Shown here piece by piece: positions 9,981 to 18,846 of a DNA stretch of 64,000 bases. Position numbers and translations under genes: made by a program. The number at the start of each line of letters is the position of its first letter. Position 1 is the first letter of the stretch. Origin of the DNA: Patescibacteria group bacterium. GTDB taxonomy: Bacteria; Patescibacteriota; Patescibacteriia; Buchananbacterales; UBA6539. The notes beneath the pieces are model-generated. The model made no database searches, was not told where the DNA came from, and saw only the letters and a program-made list of their open reading frames with translations. Location of the stretch: positions 855,710 through 919,709 of the forward strand of contig JBAZSB010000001.1 of NCBI GenBank assembly GCA_041662625.1. The letters run 5' to 3'.

Positions 9981-12131
9981 TTAATCTTCCTGTCTAAATT
10001 TTATTGATTGATTAAAATAGTTCTGAAGTGTTGGTGACCAAAATCGATTATTCTTATAAAGATAATGCTGGTATAAAAATAACTGAGAAACCATTTTGTC
10101 TAGCTGGTTAAACTGGTTTTTTTCTTGATCTTTTACGTCGTTTTCCTCAGCCCGGCCGTCCTTTAAATTATAAAGTAAATTAACATCTTTATAAAACCGC
10201 TTCATCACCTTATAGTCTCCCTGGCGATAAGTTGACATACAACCAAGATAAGGCGAAGTGGCATACATAAACGAGTCTTGATAATTTAACTGATTTGCCA
10301 AGAGATCCTTACCCTGAAAATGATTCATAATTTTTATTCCCAAAAGATCTAAAATAGTTGGGGCGATGTCAATTTGGCTACTGACCATATCATTTTGACC
10401 CTTTAATTTTTCGCCCCCGTTATTAACAATCACCAAAGGAATCCAAAGATTTTCTTCATGCAGAGAAATAAAATTGATGAAATTAAAAATTCTTTCCCCA
10501 ATCGGCTGACTGTTATCGGCCGTAATAATAATGATTGAATTTTTAAACCAATCTTTATCTTTGTTTTGATCAAAAAAATCGCTTAAAACCGAATCAGAAT
10601 AATGCAGCAGATTAAAAATTTGGTGAGCAAAAGTATCATTGGGATAAAGTGCTGGTTCCCCCTCTGGCAAATAAAAAGGATGGTGAACTGCCAAACCGTA
10701 AACTGTCAGAAAGAAGGGTTTTTTATCTAAATTATCAAGTTTTTCCGTGACTTGACTAAATAAAGCCCGGTCGGTAATCCCCCAGGCCGGGCCATTGAGT
10801 CCGCCTAATTCATCTTTACCTAAAACTTCGGCAAATCCAATTTTTTCGAAAAATGGCCGTTTGTCCAAAAATTTCAGGTCACCAGCCTGCATTTCAATAT
10901 TATAATAATCAAACTGCTGCAAAATCTGGGGTAAGCACAATAAATCAGTATTTAAATTATCATTAATCTCTGGTGGCCCGGTCTGAGGATAGAGCGAACA
11001 AAGCGTACTGATGATTGATCGGGTAGTATCGGTTCCATTGCTATAAAAATTGGTAAAAGATAAATTATCCTGTGACAATTGACTAAAAAATGGGGTAATT
11101 TCCGGAGATAAATATTTAGCGCCAAATGATTCTAAAAAAATCAAAATGACGTTTGGTTTAGCATCATCAATTCCATCGCAGTTTTCATCAATTCGATTAT
11201 TTAAAATTTCTTTGGCCCCGGGGCGGATATCAGATTTAGTATCGTCACAATCAAATTTTAAAATATAACCATCATTATCTCGATCTTGCTGGCACTCTTC
11301 CTCAGTAACTAAGCCTAAACGACAAAGGTCACTGGTTGGTGCTTTGGCCAAAGGATAATTATCATCAAAATAACGAAAGTCAGGCGCTAACGGATTAAGT
11401 TGGAAATAATGCTGGTCTAGATCCGTTACTTCCATTTTTTCTATTGCTTGGGATTCGGCTGAACGGTGGCAATAATTACTGTCGGTAGTGGAAATTAAAT
11501 AAACAATAAAATTATTGCTGATACTCTCAACAAAAAAATCAGTGAAAATAATTTTAGGAATAGTTGTAAGCAACCCTACCAATAAAAGTAGGAAAATAAA
11601 AAAAATGGAAACCCGCCATCTAATCGACGGCAAATTCTCCCTTTTAATCCGTGTGACGATGCAATAGCTCGAGCTAAAAAATAAGATGATAAAAAATAAC
11701 AAAAGAACTAAATTGGGCCAAGTAAAAAAAGCTAAAATTGAAGCGGCAAAATTAGCCGTGTAAATGGCAAAGGCAAAAAGAGTATAATGGAGATGCGATC
11801 GGGCCAAGGAGAAATAAACGGTATCAATAAAAGTCAGAGCTAGGATTAAAAGCTCCAAAGAAAAAATAAAGATTAACCCAATCTTAAAAAAAATCAAATT
11901 AGAATTATCCTTTTTCAAGATAAAAGAAAAAAGGAGAAGCAATGCTCCAAAAATTAGCACCACAATTGAATCTTCAAGGGCACCGGTCAAAAGTACCAGC
12001 CAAACTGAATCAAAGCGGTTGATAAAAGACTGAAAACCATTAACATAAATTAAAAAAATTCTCATCAGCGAGAATAAAGCAAAGAAAACGACTAAATTAG
12101 AGAATAGTGAAACCTCAATCTTTCTTCTCAT
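9981..12131 (-). CDS. LTA synthase-family / sulfatase-like membrane protein with an inserted Cys/Asp-rich metal-binding motif
   Basis: N-terminal TMs; PNVILIFLES, WGITD, HHPF, ITADN, SQIDIAPTILDLLG. Confidence 0.8.
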   Translation of the reverse strand: MRRKIEVSLFSNLVVFFALFSLMRIFLIYVNGFQSFINRFDSVWLVLLTGALEDSIVVLIFGALLLLFSFILKKDNSNLIFFKIGLIFIFSLELLILALTFIDTVYFSLARSHLHYTLFAFAIYTANFAASILAFFTWPNLVLLLFFIILFFSSSYCIVTRIKRENLPSIRWRVSIFFIFLLLLVGLLTTIPKIIFTDFFVESISNNFIVYLISTTDSNYCHRSAESQAIEKMEVTDLDQHYFQLNPLAPDFRYFDDNYPLAKAPTSDLCRLGLVTEEECQQDRDNDGYILKFDCDDTKSDIRPGAKEILNNRIDENCDGIDDAKPNVILIFLESFGAKYLSPEITPFFSQLSQDNLSFTNFYSNGTDTTRSIISTLCSLYPQTGPPEINDNLNTDLLCLPQILQQFDYYNIEMQAGDLKFLDKRPFFEKIGFAEVLGKDELGGLNGPAWGITDRALFSQVTEKLDNLDKKPFFLTVYGLAVHHPFYLPEGEPALYPNDTFAHQIFNLLHYSDSVLSDFFDQNKDKDWFKNSIIIITADNSQPIGERIFNFINFISLHEENLWIPLVIVNNGGEKLKGQNDMVSSQIDIAPTILDLLGIKIMNHFQGKDLLANQLNYQDSFMYATSPYLGCMSTYRQGDYKVMKRFYKDVNLLYNLKDGRAEENDVKDQEKNQFNQLDKMVSQLFLYQHYLYKNNRFWSPTLQNYFNQSIKFRQED

Positions 12132-12134
12132 GAC

Positions 12135-13682
12135 TTAATCTAATTTATAAATCTTAGCCTCCTGGTTTTTAAACACCTCCTGAAAATGAAAATTACTGGC
12201 TAAATTCTGATCAAAAGCCTCATTATCCTGAATATTAACAAAGACATATTTAGCGCCAAAAACTCGTTTAATTATCTCATACAAGTTGGCATTGAATTGA
12301 CCTGTTGTGATCTCAGACCATTGCTGATATAAGCCCGGATTATAAAAATACATAAAAGTCGGATCAAGCCCAACCAGGTAATAATCAAAACTATTATGGA
12401 AAAACAAAATCGGAAATTCGTCCCAGTCACTATGAAAAACGATATCACCAGCCTCAGAATTTTCTTTAAGCCATTGCATTGGCTCGGCAAAGGTATTAAA
12501 GGCAAAACCATTTTGAAAGGAATGCTTAATTGAAGTCAGGTCATGATAAAAAACCGGTGCCAAAACCAAAAAAATTAGCAAGGGAGTCAAAAAAACCAGG
12601 CGAACTGGCATTATTTTAGGCAAATTTTTCTTAATTAAAACAAAAAAATCAGCCAGACTTAAAGCGGAAAAACAAACCGCTAAAGGAACAAAATATTCAA
12701 TGTACCGCCTTGATTTTAAAGTGAGCATAAAAAACAAGAAACTTAATATGAGAAAAAACCAAGAATTCATTGACTGTTTTTTAAAATCAGTAGTAAAAAT
12801 AAAAACTGCTAAAAAATACAAAAGCCATAACGGGGCAGCCGCTAAAAGCAAATGCGAAAATTGGTAAGGATACCACTCCCCACCAACGCCAATGGAGTAT
12901 TGGTAGTTTAAAACCGCAATTTTAAAAGATTGCTGCCAGTAAAAGTCAAGATTCCAAGGAAAATAAGGACTAAAAAATACACCGGCGGCGATCCCAAGCA
13001 AAATACTGACCACTAGTAAAAGATTTTGCCCATAAATCTTTTTTTTCTTGAGCCTTAAAAGAAACCCACCCCGCTTCCAATAAACAAATAAGCTACTCAC
13101 CAGACCATAGATGACGGCTAAAACTAAAAGTAATGGCCAACCGCCATAAAGCCAAACATAAAGACAGGAAACCAAAATCAAAAACAAGTAGCGCCGGGTA
13201 AACAAAAGGTAGATAATTAAAAAAAGAAAAATTAAAACCAAAGCTTGGGCTTTAGCCAAATTCACGCGGAAAATAAAAGGATTGACGGTCAATAAAAACA
13301 AAGCGTACCAAAAAGCCCCTTTGACTTTAAGCTGCCGCAAAAACCAAAAAAACGTTAAAATTAACAGACTGGCAAAAGTTACCGTGGCAATCTTTAAACC
13401 AAAAAGCGGTGAAAACAATTTAACAAAAGGGATTAAAATTAAATGGTAAAGAAAATGGTGGTCAACAAAATTATATTTTAGATTAGTGGCCGTTAGCCAG
13501 GGAAATTCGGTAATGGCACCTTTCTCCGCTAAAATCTCAGCCAGCTTGGCATGATAAAAAGAATCGGGATCAGCAAAGGTCGAATCAAACTGTAAATAAA
13601 TAAATAAGCTGACCGTAATCAAAAAAAGTACGAGGTACTGCCGCTTGGAAAAAAAATTGCTAATTCGATTGATTGAAAGCAT
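12135..13682 (-). CDS. Polytopic membrane protein, GT-C-like
   Basis: DPDSFYH after TM1; GGEW loop; C-terminal WLKEN...SDWDEF domain. Confidence 0.65.
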   Translation of the reverse strand: MLSINRISNFFSKRQYLVLFLITVSLFIYLQFDSTFADPDSFYHAKLAEILAEKGAITEFPWLTATNLKYNFVDHHFLYHLILIPFVKLFSPLFGLKIATVTFASLLILTFFWFLRQLKVKGAFWYALFLLTVNPFIFRVNLAKAQALVLIFLFLIIYLLFTRRYLFLILVSCLYVWLYGGWPLLLVLAVIYGLVSSLFVYWKRGGFLLRLKKKKIYGQNLLLVVSILLGIAAGVFFSPYFPWNLDFYWQQSFKIAVLNYQYSIGVGGEWYPYQFSHLLLAAAPLWLLYFLAVFIFTTDFKKQSMNSWFFLILSFLFFMLTLKSRRYIEYFVPLAVCFSALSLADFFVLIKKNLPKIMPVRLVFLTPLLIFLVLAPVFYHDLTSIKHSFQNGFAFNTFAEPMQWLKENSEAGDIVFHSDWDEFPILFFHNSFDYYLVGLDPTFMYFYNPGLYQQWSEITTGQFNANLYEIIKRVFGAKYVFVNIQDNEAFDQNLASNFHFQEVFKNQEAKIYKLD

Positions 13683-13687
13683 AAAAC

Positions 13688-14764
13688 TTAACTGATTTTT
13701 TTCAACTGATCTTTAAAATAATCTACCCACGGAATCAGAGTCGGGTTAGTATTATTAAGGATAGCCAAATAAAAAGTGACATAACTGCTTAAAAGTAAAG
13801 CCTCTAAAACCTGCTCAAATTTAGTTTTGGCACTGAGTTGATAAGAAACTTGTTTGACTTTATTTTGGGTAACTACTTTTTTGGTAATCTGGTAACGAAT
13901 TTGGTTTTTTGGTTGATAAAGTTTAGATTCAAGAAAAATAAATAGCAAACTTTGCTGATTGGTTTTAGGATATTTCAGTCCTTCTAGTAAATGATGGTTT
14001 AACTCCGGGATTAAATAATAGCTGGAAAAAGCCTTGGCAGTTTCATTGGTTTGATTGGCAAAAACATGGGCATTGCCTGCCAAAAATTCTGAAGCCACAA
14101 TCGCCAGACTTTTACCAAAAGCTTTTAAAGCTAAACTTTTGGCGGGATTTTTCGCCTCAGTTTTGGCAAAGCCAAAATTATTATTAAACTGACTAATAGT
14201 TTTCAGCCCCTGGCTAACCTCAGCATCACTCAGCTTAATTAACCCCAATTTTTTAACTAAAGCCAGCTGCGCGCCCAAAGAATAACCAAGACCCAGGCGT
14301 GGCTGAGACGAAGGGTTAAAAATTGGATCAAAAACATAACCCGGAATTTTACCCTGTTTAATTAAACCAGCCAATTTACCGCCAGAAGCAATACCAAACA
14401 GTTTTGCCCCGCGCTTTTTGGCTTCAAGAAAGGTCGAGATGGGCTCTTCGGTATTACCGGAGTAACTGGAAATGATATACAAAGTTTTTTTATCTAAACT
14501 GGCCGGCAGACTATAACTATTGATAATGCTAACGGGTAACTTTAACTGATCAAAAAAAAGCGCTCGTAAAACATGGCTGCCTAAAGCCGATCCGCCCATG
14601 CCATTAATTAAAATTTTATTAATCTGTCGATAATTTTTGGGAATTTTTACTGCTTTAAACTCCTGCCAGGCAGAATTAAGTTGTTCGCCCAGCATCTCAA
14701 TTGACCCTAAAACATCGCTTGGATCTAACTTTTTAATCACTTTTGTATTATCTAGGCTATTCAT
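13688..14764 (-). CDS. Bifunctional phosphoglucose/phosphomannose isomerase (SIS)
   Basis: GMGGSALG, SSYSGNTEE, QPR, NETAK, PELNHH. Confidence 0.9.
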   Translation of the reverse strand: MNSLDNTKVIKKLDPSDVLGSIEMLGEQLNSAWQEFKAVKIPKNYRQINKILINGMGGSALGSHVLRALFFDQLKLPVSIINSYSLPASLDKKTLYIISSYSGNTEEPISTFLEAKKRGAKLFGIASGGKLAGLIKQGKIPGYVFDPIFNPSSQPRLGLGYSLGAQLALVKKLGLIKLSDAEVSQGLKTISQFNNNFGFAKTEAKNPAKSLALKAFGKSLAIVASEFLAGNAHVFANQTNETAKAFSSYYLIPELNHHLLEGLKYPKTNQQSLLFIFLESKLYQPKNQIRYQITKKVVTQNKVKQVSYQLSAKTKFEQVLEALLLSSYVTFYLAILNNTNPTLIPWVDYFKDQLKKIS

Positions 14765-14864
14765 ATTCGGTCCGGATTAATTAATGATAACTATCTAATT
14801 ATACCATAGAAACCAAGGCTTTGCTATTGAAAAAAAGCCTAAAAATTGCTAGAATAAAACTGGC

Positions 14865-14941
14865 GAAAAAGTAAGAAAATGAGAAATTAAGAAAATAAAG
14901 GCTTTAATTTTTTAATTTCTTATTTTCTTAATTTCTTATTC
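14865..14941. repeat. Periodic 8-9-mer repeat palindrome
   Basis: aagaaaat/aagaaatt units followed by their reverse complements (atttctt). Confidence 0.7.
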
Positions 14942-14948
14942 TTGACTT

Positions 14949-15659
14949 ATGTCTGGCCACAGCAAATGGGCAACTACTAAAAGACAAAAGGGCGCGGCTG
15001 ACGTTAAGCGCGGCGCTATTTTTACCAAACTTGGTAATGCCATAACTGTGGCAGCCAAACTGGGCGGCGGTGATCCGGAAAGCAACTTTAGATTGCGGCT
15101 GGCTATTGATCTGGCCAAATCCGCCAACATACCCAAAGACAATATTGAACGTGCCATTAAGCGCGGGACTGGCGAGCTAGGCGGCGGAATAATCGAATCA
15201 ATTACCTATGAAGGATTTGGCCCTTTTGGCACAGCCTTTATCATTGAAGCTTTAACTGATAACCGCAACCGCAGCAGTTCATCAATTAAACATACTCTGA
15301 CCAAATATGGCGGTAGCTTAGGCGTAAGCGGCAGTGTCGGCTGGCTGTTTGAACAAAAAGGCGTGCTCCGCATTAAAAAAATCAATGATGAACTGGAATT
15401 GGAGCTAATCGATGTTGGCCTGCAAGATTTCGCCATTGAAGAAGACGGCGTAACTATTTATACCGCACCAACTGACTTAAAAAAAGTTAAAGACTTTTTA
15501 GAAAAAAAAGAGATTGCTGTTGAATATGCGGAAATTGAACAAGTGGCTAAAGAAAAAAAACAATTAAGCCCTGAAGAAAAAGAAAAACTGGAAAAACTTT
15601 ATGCCGAGCTTGAAGACAATGAAGACGTCAATAACTATTACACCAATGCGGAAATCTAA
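14949..15659 (+). CDS. yebC: YebC/PmpR family protein
   Basis: MSGHSKW, NIERAI, YEGFGP, TDNRNR. Confidence 0.95.
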   Translation: MSGHSKWATTKRQKGAADVKRGAIFTKLGNAITVAAKLGGGDPESNFRLRLAIDLAKSANIPKDNIERAIKRGTGELGGGIIESITYEGFGPFGTAFIIEALTDNRNRSSSSIKHTLTKYGGSLGVSGSVGWLFEQKGVLRIKKINDELELELIDVGLQDFAIEEDGVTIYTAPTDLKKVKDFLEKKEIAVEYAEIEQVAKEKKQLSPEEKEKLEKLYAELEDNEDVNNYYTNAEI

Positions 15660-16200
15660 AGCTACGAACAATGAACTAAGAACTTTGAATTCTAAACCAA
15701 AAGTTCGGAGCTCAGAGTTCGGAGTTCAAAGCCAGATTATTCTCGGCATTGATCCAGGGCTGGCTGACACCGGTTTTGGCATAATCCAAAAACAAGGCAG
15801 CAAACTAAAATTGATTGACTATGGCTGTATTAAAACCAGCTCAAAACTGGCCATGGAAAACCGGCTGGAAGAAATTTATCAGTCACTAACTAAATTGATA
15901 AAAAAATACCGCCCGCAGTTGATTGCTGTAGAAAAATTGTTTTTCTGCAAAAATGTTAAAACCGCTTTGGCCGTCGGCCAGGCCCGCGGCGTAGTGATAT
16001 TAACTGCCGGGCAAAATAATCTGCCGCTTTACGAATTTACTCCTTTACAGATCAAACTTGCCCTGACTAGCTACGGTAAAGCTGATAAAAATCAAGTCCA
16101 GCAAATGGTTAAAATAATTTTAGGCTTAAAGCAAATTCCCAAGCCCGATGATGCGGCCGACGCTTTAGCCGCGGCAATCTGCTGTGCTCATTCGCTTTAG
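15646..16200 (+). CDS. ruvC: Holliday junction resolvase RuvC with N-terminal extension
   Basis: ILGIDPG, AVEKLFF, GQARG, PDDAADALA; nearest in-frame ATG at 15646. Confidence 0.93.
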   Translation: MRKSKATNNELRTLNSKPKVRSSEFGVQSQIILGIDPGLADTGFGIIQKQGSKLKLIDYGCIKTSSKLAMENRLEEIYQSLTKLIKKYRPQLIAVEKLFFCKNVKTALAVGQARGVVILTAGQNNLPLYEFTPLQIKLALTSYGKADKNQVQQMVKIILGLKQIPKPDDAADALAAAICCAHSL

Positions 16201-16275
16201 ATTAGGGAGTAGGTGGTAGGTTGTAGGTTATTAGTTCAGCCTAGCACCTAAATTCCTAGTACCTAATTTCCTAAC
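16201..16275. repeat. Periodic 7-mer repeat palindrome
   Basis: (gtaggtt)-like units followed by (cctag/cctaa) units. Confidence 0.6.
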
Positions 16276-16280
16276 TTCCT

Positions 16281-17354
16281 ATGAATAACAAGATAAAAAA
16301 ACTTATTGCCAAAAGCCGGGAAGTAATTTCGGATAGCGCTTTGGATAATGGCGCCATTGTGGCGGCTAATTCGGATAAGCCTTATTACCCACGCAAAGCC
16401 CGAGATTATCACTATGTCTGGCCCCGGGATGCCGCCTATATCTGTGTTGCCGCCAAACTGCTTGGCTTAAACAAAATTCAGGAACCATTTTTCGCCTGGC
16501 TTGAGGAAAGGCCGCAGGATTTTAAAAAGGAAGGCAAACTTTTTGGTAACTACTCGGTTAATGGCCCCCATAAAGTTAAACAATTCCAGCCGGATCAAGC
16601 CGGGGCAATGCTTTGGGCAATCTATAATTTTTATCAAGAGAATTTAAGTGGGGCGCAAAAGCAAGAAATTTTAATCCGCCGCTTGGCCGATGGTTTGACT
16701 GATGACTGGCAGGACAGATATTTTTTTACCAATACCGTTGATTTGTGGGAAGAAAAAAATCGGCAGACTTCGACGCAGGTGGAAAATAATCATACTTACT
16801 CCCTGGCTGCTTGTGCTAGCGGCCTAATTACCGCCGCCAAAATTTTTAAAGGTAAAAAATGGGAGGAAGCAGCCCAGCAAATGATCAAACAAATTAATGA
16901 GGCTTATCGAGTGGATAAAAAAATTTTTGTGAGAAACCATGGTAAAATTGACGATCTTAATATCGACGCTTCACTTTTAGGCCTAGTTTATCCTTTTGCT
17001 GTCATTAAAGCCAATGATCCCAAAATGATTAATACCGTCAAACAAATTGAAGAAAAAATTGTCACCGGTGGTGGGGTCCACCGTTATCAATTTGATTATT
17101 ATGATGGCGAGGGCTCAGCCCAAGAAGGTGGCGGCGCTTGGCCGATTTTAAACTTCTGGCTGGCGATTTACTTTGTTTTAGCCGGTGATAAAACTAAAGC
17201 GAAAAAATATTACAACTGGGTAATTGACCGGGTGGGTGATGACTGTTTAATTCCGGAGCAGATTTTTGACGATTTCCGAACCGGAATTAAACCACTGGTT
17301 TGGTCACATGCGATGTTTATTATTGCTTCTCATTATTTAGGCGAACTAAAATAA
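16281..17354 (+). CDS. GH15 glucoamylase-like glycoside hydrolase
   Basis: GAIVAA, YVWPRDA, DLWEE, IDASLL, LIPEQ, PLVWSHAM. Confidence 0.88.
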   Translation: MNNKIKKLIAKSREVISDSALDNGAIVAANSDKPYYPRKARDYHYVWPRDAAYICVAAKLLGLNKIQEPFFAWLEERPQDFKKEGKLFGNYSVNGPHKVKQFQPDQAGAMLWAIYNFYQENLSGAQKQEILIRRLADGLTDDWQDRYFFTNTVDLWEEKNRQTSTQVENNHTYSLAACASGLITAAKIFKGKKWEEAAQQMIKQINEAYRVDKKIFVRNHGKIDDLNIDASLLGLVYPFAVIKANDPKMINTVKQIEEKIVTGGGVHRYQFDYYDGEGSAQEGGGAWPILNFWLAIYFVLAGDKTKAKKYYNWVIDRVGDDCLIPEQIFDDFRTGIKPLVWSHAMFIIASHYLGELK

Positions 17355-18844
17355 TGAAAGGAAAAAAATTACAAATTGTCCATATTGCTTCCGAAGTGGA
17401 GCCATTTTCCAAAACTGGCGGTTTGGCTGATGTGACCAGTTCCCTGCCCAAAGCCATAAAAAAAATCGGCCATCGGGTGATTGTTATTACGCCGTTTTAT
17501 AATGAATTAATTGATCCCAAAAAATATAATTTAAAATTAATCGCCGAAGAAATCGATTTACCATTAAGCGAAGGGGTGACAATGAAGGTTAATTTTTGGC
17601 AAGGCGAACTAGCTGAAGGCTTACCAATTTATTTTGTTGACAATAATAAATATTTTGGGCGGCGCAAAACTATTTACGGTTCGGAGCATGAAAATGCCCG
17701 ATTTTTCTTTTTTGATCTAGCCGCCTTAAAATTGCTGAAAATAATTGATTTTAAGCCGGATTTAATTCACTGCCATGACTGGCATGCCGGCTTGATCCCT
17801 TACTTTATTAAACGGCGCTTTAAAGATGATCCATTTTTTGAAAAAGCTACTACCCTTTTCACTATTCACAATCTTTTATTCCAGTTCGGCCATAATTGGT
17901 GGCAGGTTAAAGGTAAATTGCGCGACAATGGCACCACCCGCCTGCCAAAATTTGAGCACTCCGCCAAATTGGAAAGGATTAATTTTGCCAAAAGAGCCAT
18001 TATTAATGCTGATTTAATTAATACCGTTTCGGAACAATATGCCCAAGAAATTCTGACTAAAAATTTCGGCCAGGACCTTCATCGGATTTTAAAAAATAGA
18101 GAAGATCGAGTTTTTGGCATTGTTAATGGTATTGATTATAAAGACTATAACCCAAAAACTGATCCGGGCTTAGAACAAAACTACGACTTTAACTCTTTGG
18201 AAAAGAAATTAGAAAATAAAAAAGCGCTGCAAAAATATTTTAATCTGCCCGTTGACACTCACATTCCCCTTGTAGGCATGGTTACCCGGATTGCCGAACA
18301 AAAAGGTTTTGATCTACTGATGAAAATTATTGAGGATGTCTTAAAAATGGAAGTCCAATTCGTTATTATGGGTTCGGGCGAAAAAACCTATGAAAGTTTT
18401 TTTAAAAAAATTCAAAAACAATACCCCAAAAAAGTCGGCATTCATTTGGAATTTGAGGCAAAAAAAGCCACGCTGGTTTATGCCGGTACCGACATGTTTT
18501 TAATGCCCTCCCGTTTTGAACCCTGCGGCCTGGGCCAATTAATCAGCCTGCGTTACGGCTCGGTGCCGATTGTCCGCGCCGTCGGCGGCTTGGCCGATAC
18601 GGTAACCAATTTTAACCCCCAAAGGAAATATGGTAATGGCTTTGTTTTTGACAGCTATAATCACCGATCATTATTAATTGCCATTGTCCGGGCAATAGAA
18701 ACTTATAACCACCGCGAAGTTTGGCAAGCACTGGTTAAAAAAGGCATGCAGCAATCTTTTTCCTGGGAAATCCCCGCTAAAAAATATCTGACTTTATACC
18801 GCAAAGCAATTAAACAAAGGCAGTCTAATGCTAATAATAAATAG
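17354..18844 (+). CDS. glgA: Glycogen synthase (GT5)
   Basis: ATG 17354; KTGGLADV, HCHDWH, NGID, PSRFEPCGL, GGLADTV. Confidence 0.95.
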   Translation: MKGKKLQIVHIASEVEPFSKTGGLADVTSSLPKAIKKIGHRVIVITPFYNELIDPKKYNLKLIAEEIDLPLSEGVTMKVNFWQGELAEGLPIYFVDNNKYFGRRKTIYGSEHENARFFFFDLAALKLLKIIDFKPDLIHCHDWHAGLIPYFIKRRFKDDPFFEKATTLFTIHNLLFQFGHNWWQVKGKLRDNGTTRLPKFEHSAKLERINFAKRAIINADLINTVSEQYAQEILTKNFGQDLHRILKNREDRVFGIVNGIDYKDYNPKTDPGLEQNYDFNSLEKKLENKKALQKYFNLPVDTHIPLVGMVTRIAEQKGFDLLMKIIEDVLKMEVQFVIMGSGEKTYESFFKKIQKQYPKKVGIHLEFEAKKATLVYAGTDMFLMPSRFEPCGLGQLISLRYGSVPIVRAVGGLADTVTNFNPQRKYGNGFVFDSYNHRSLLIAIVRAIETYNHREVWQALVKKGMQQSFSWEIPAKKYLTLYRKAIKQRQSNANNK

Positions 18845-18846
18845 CC

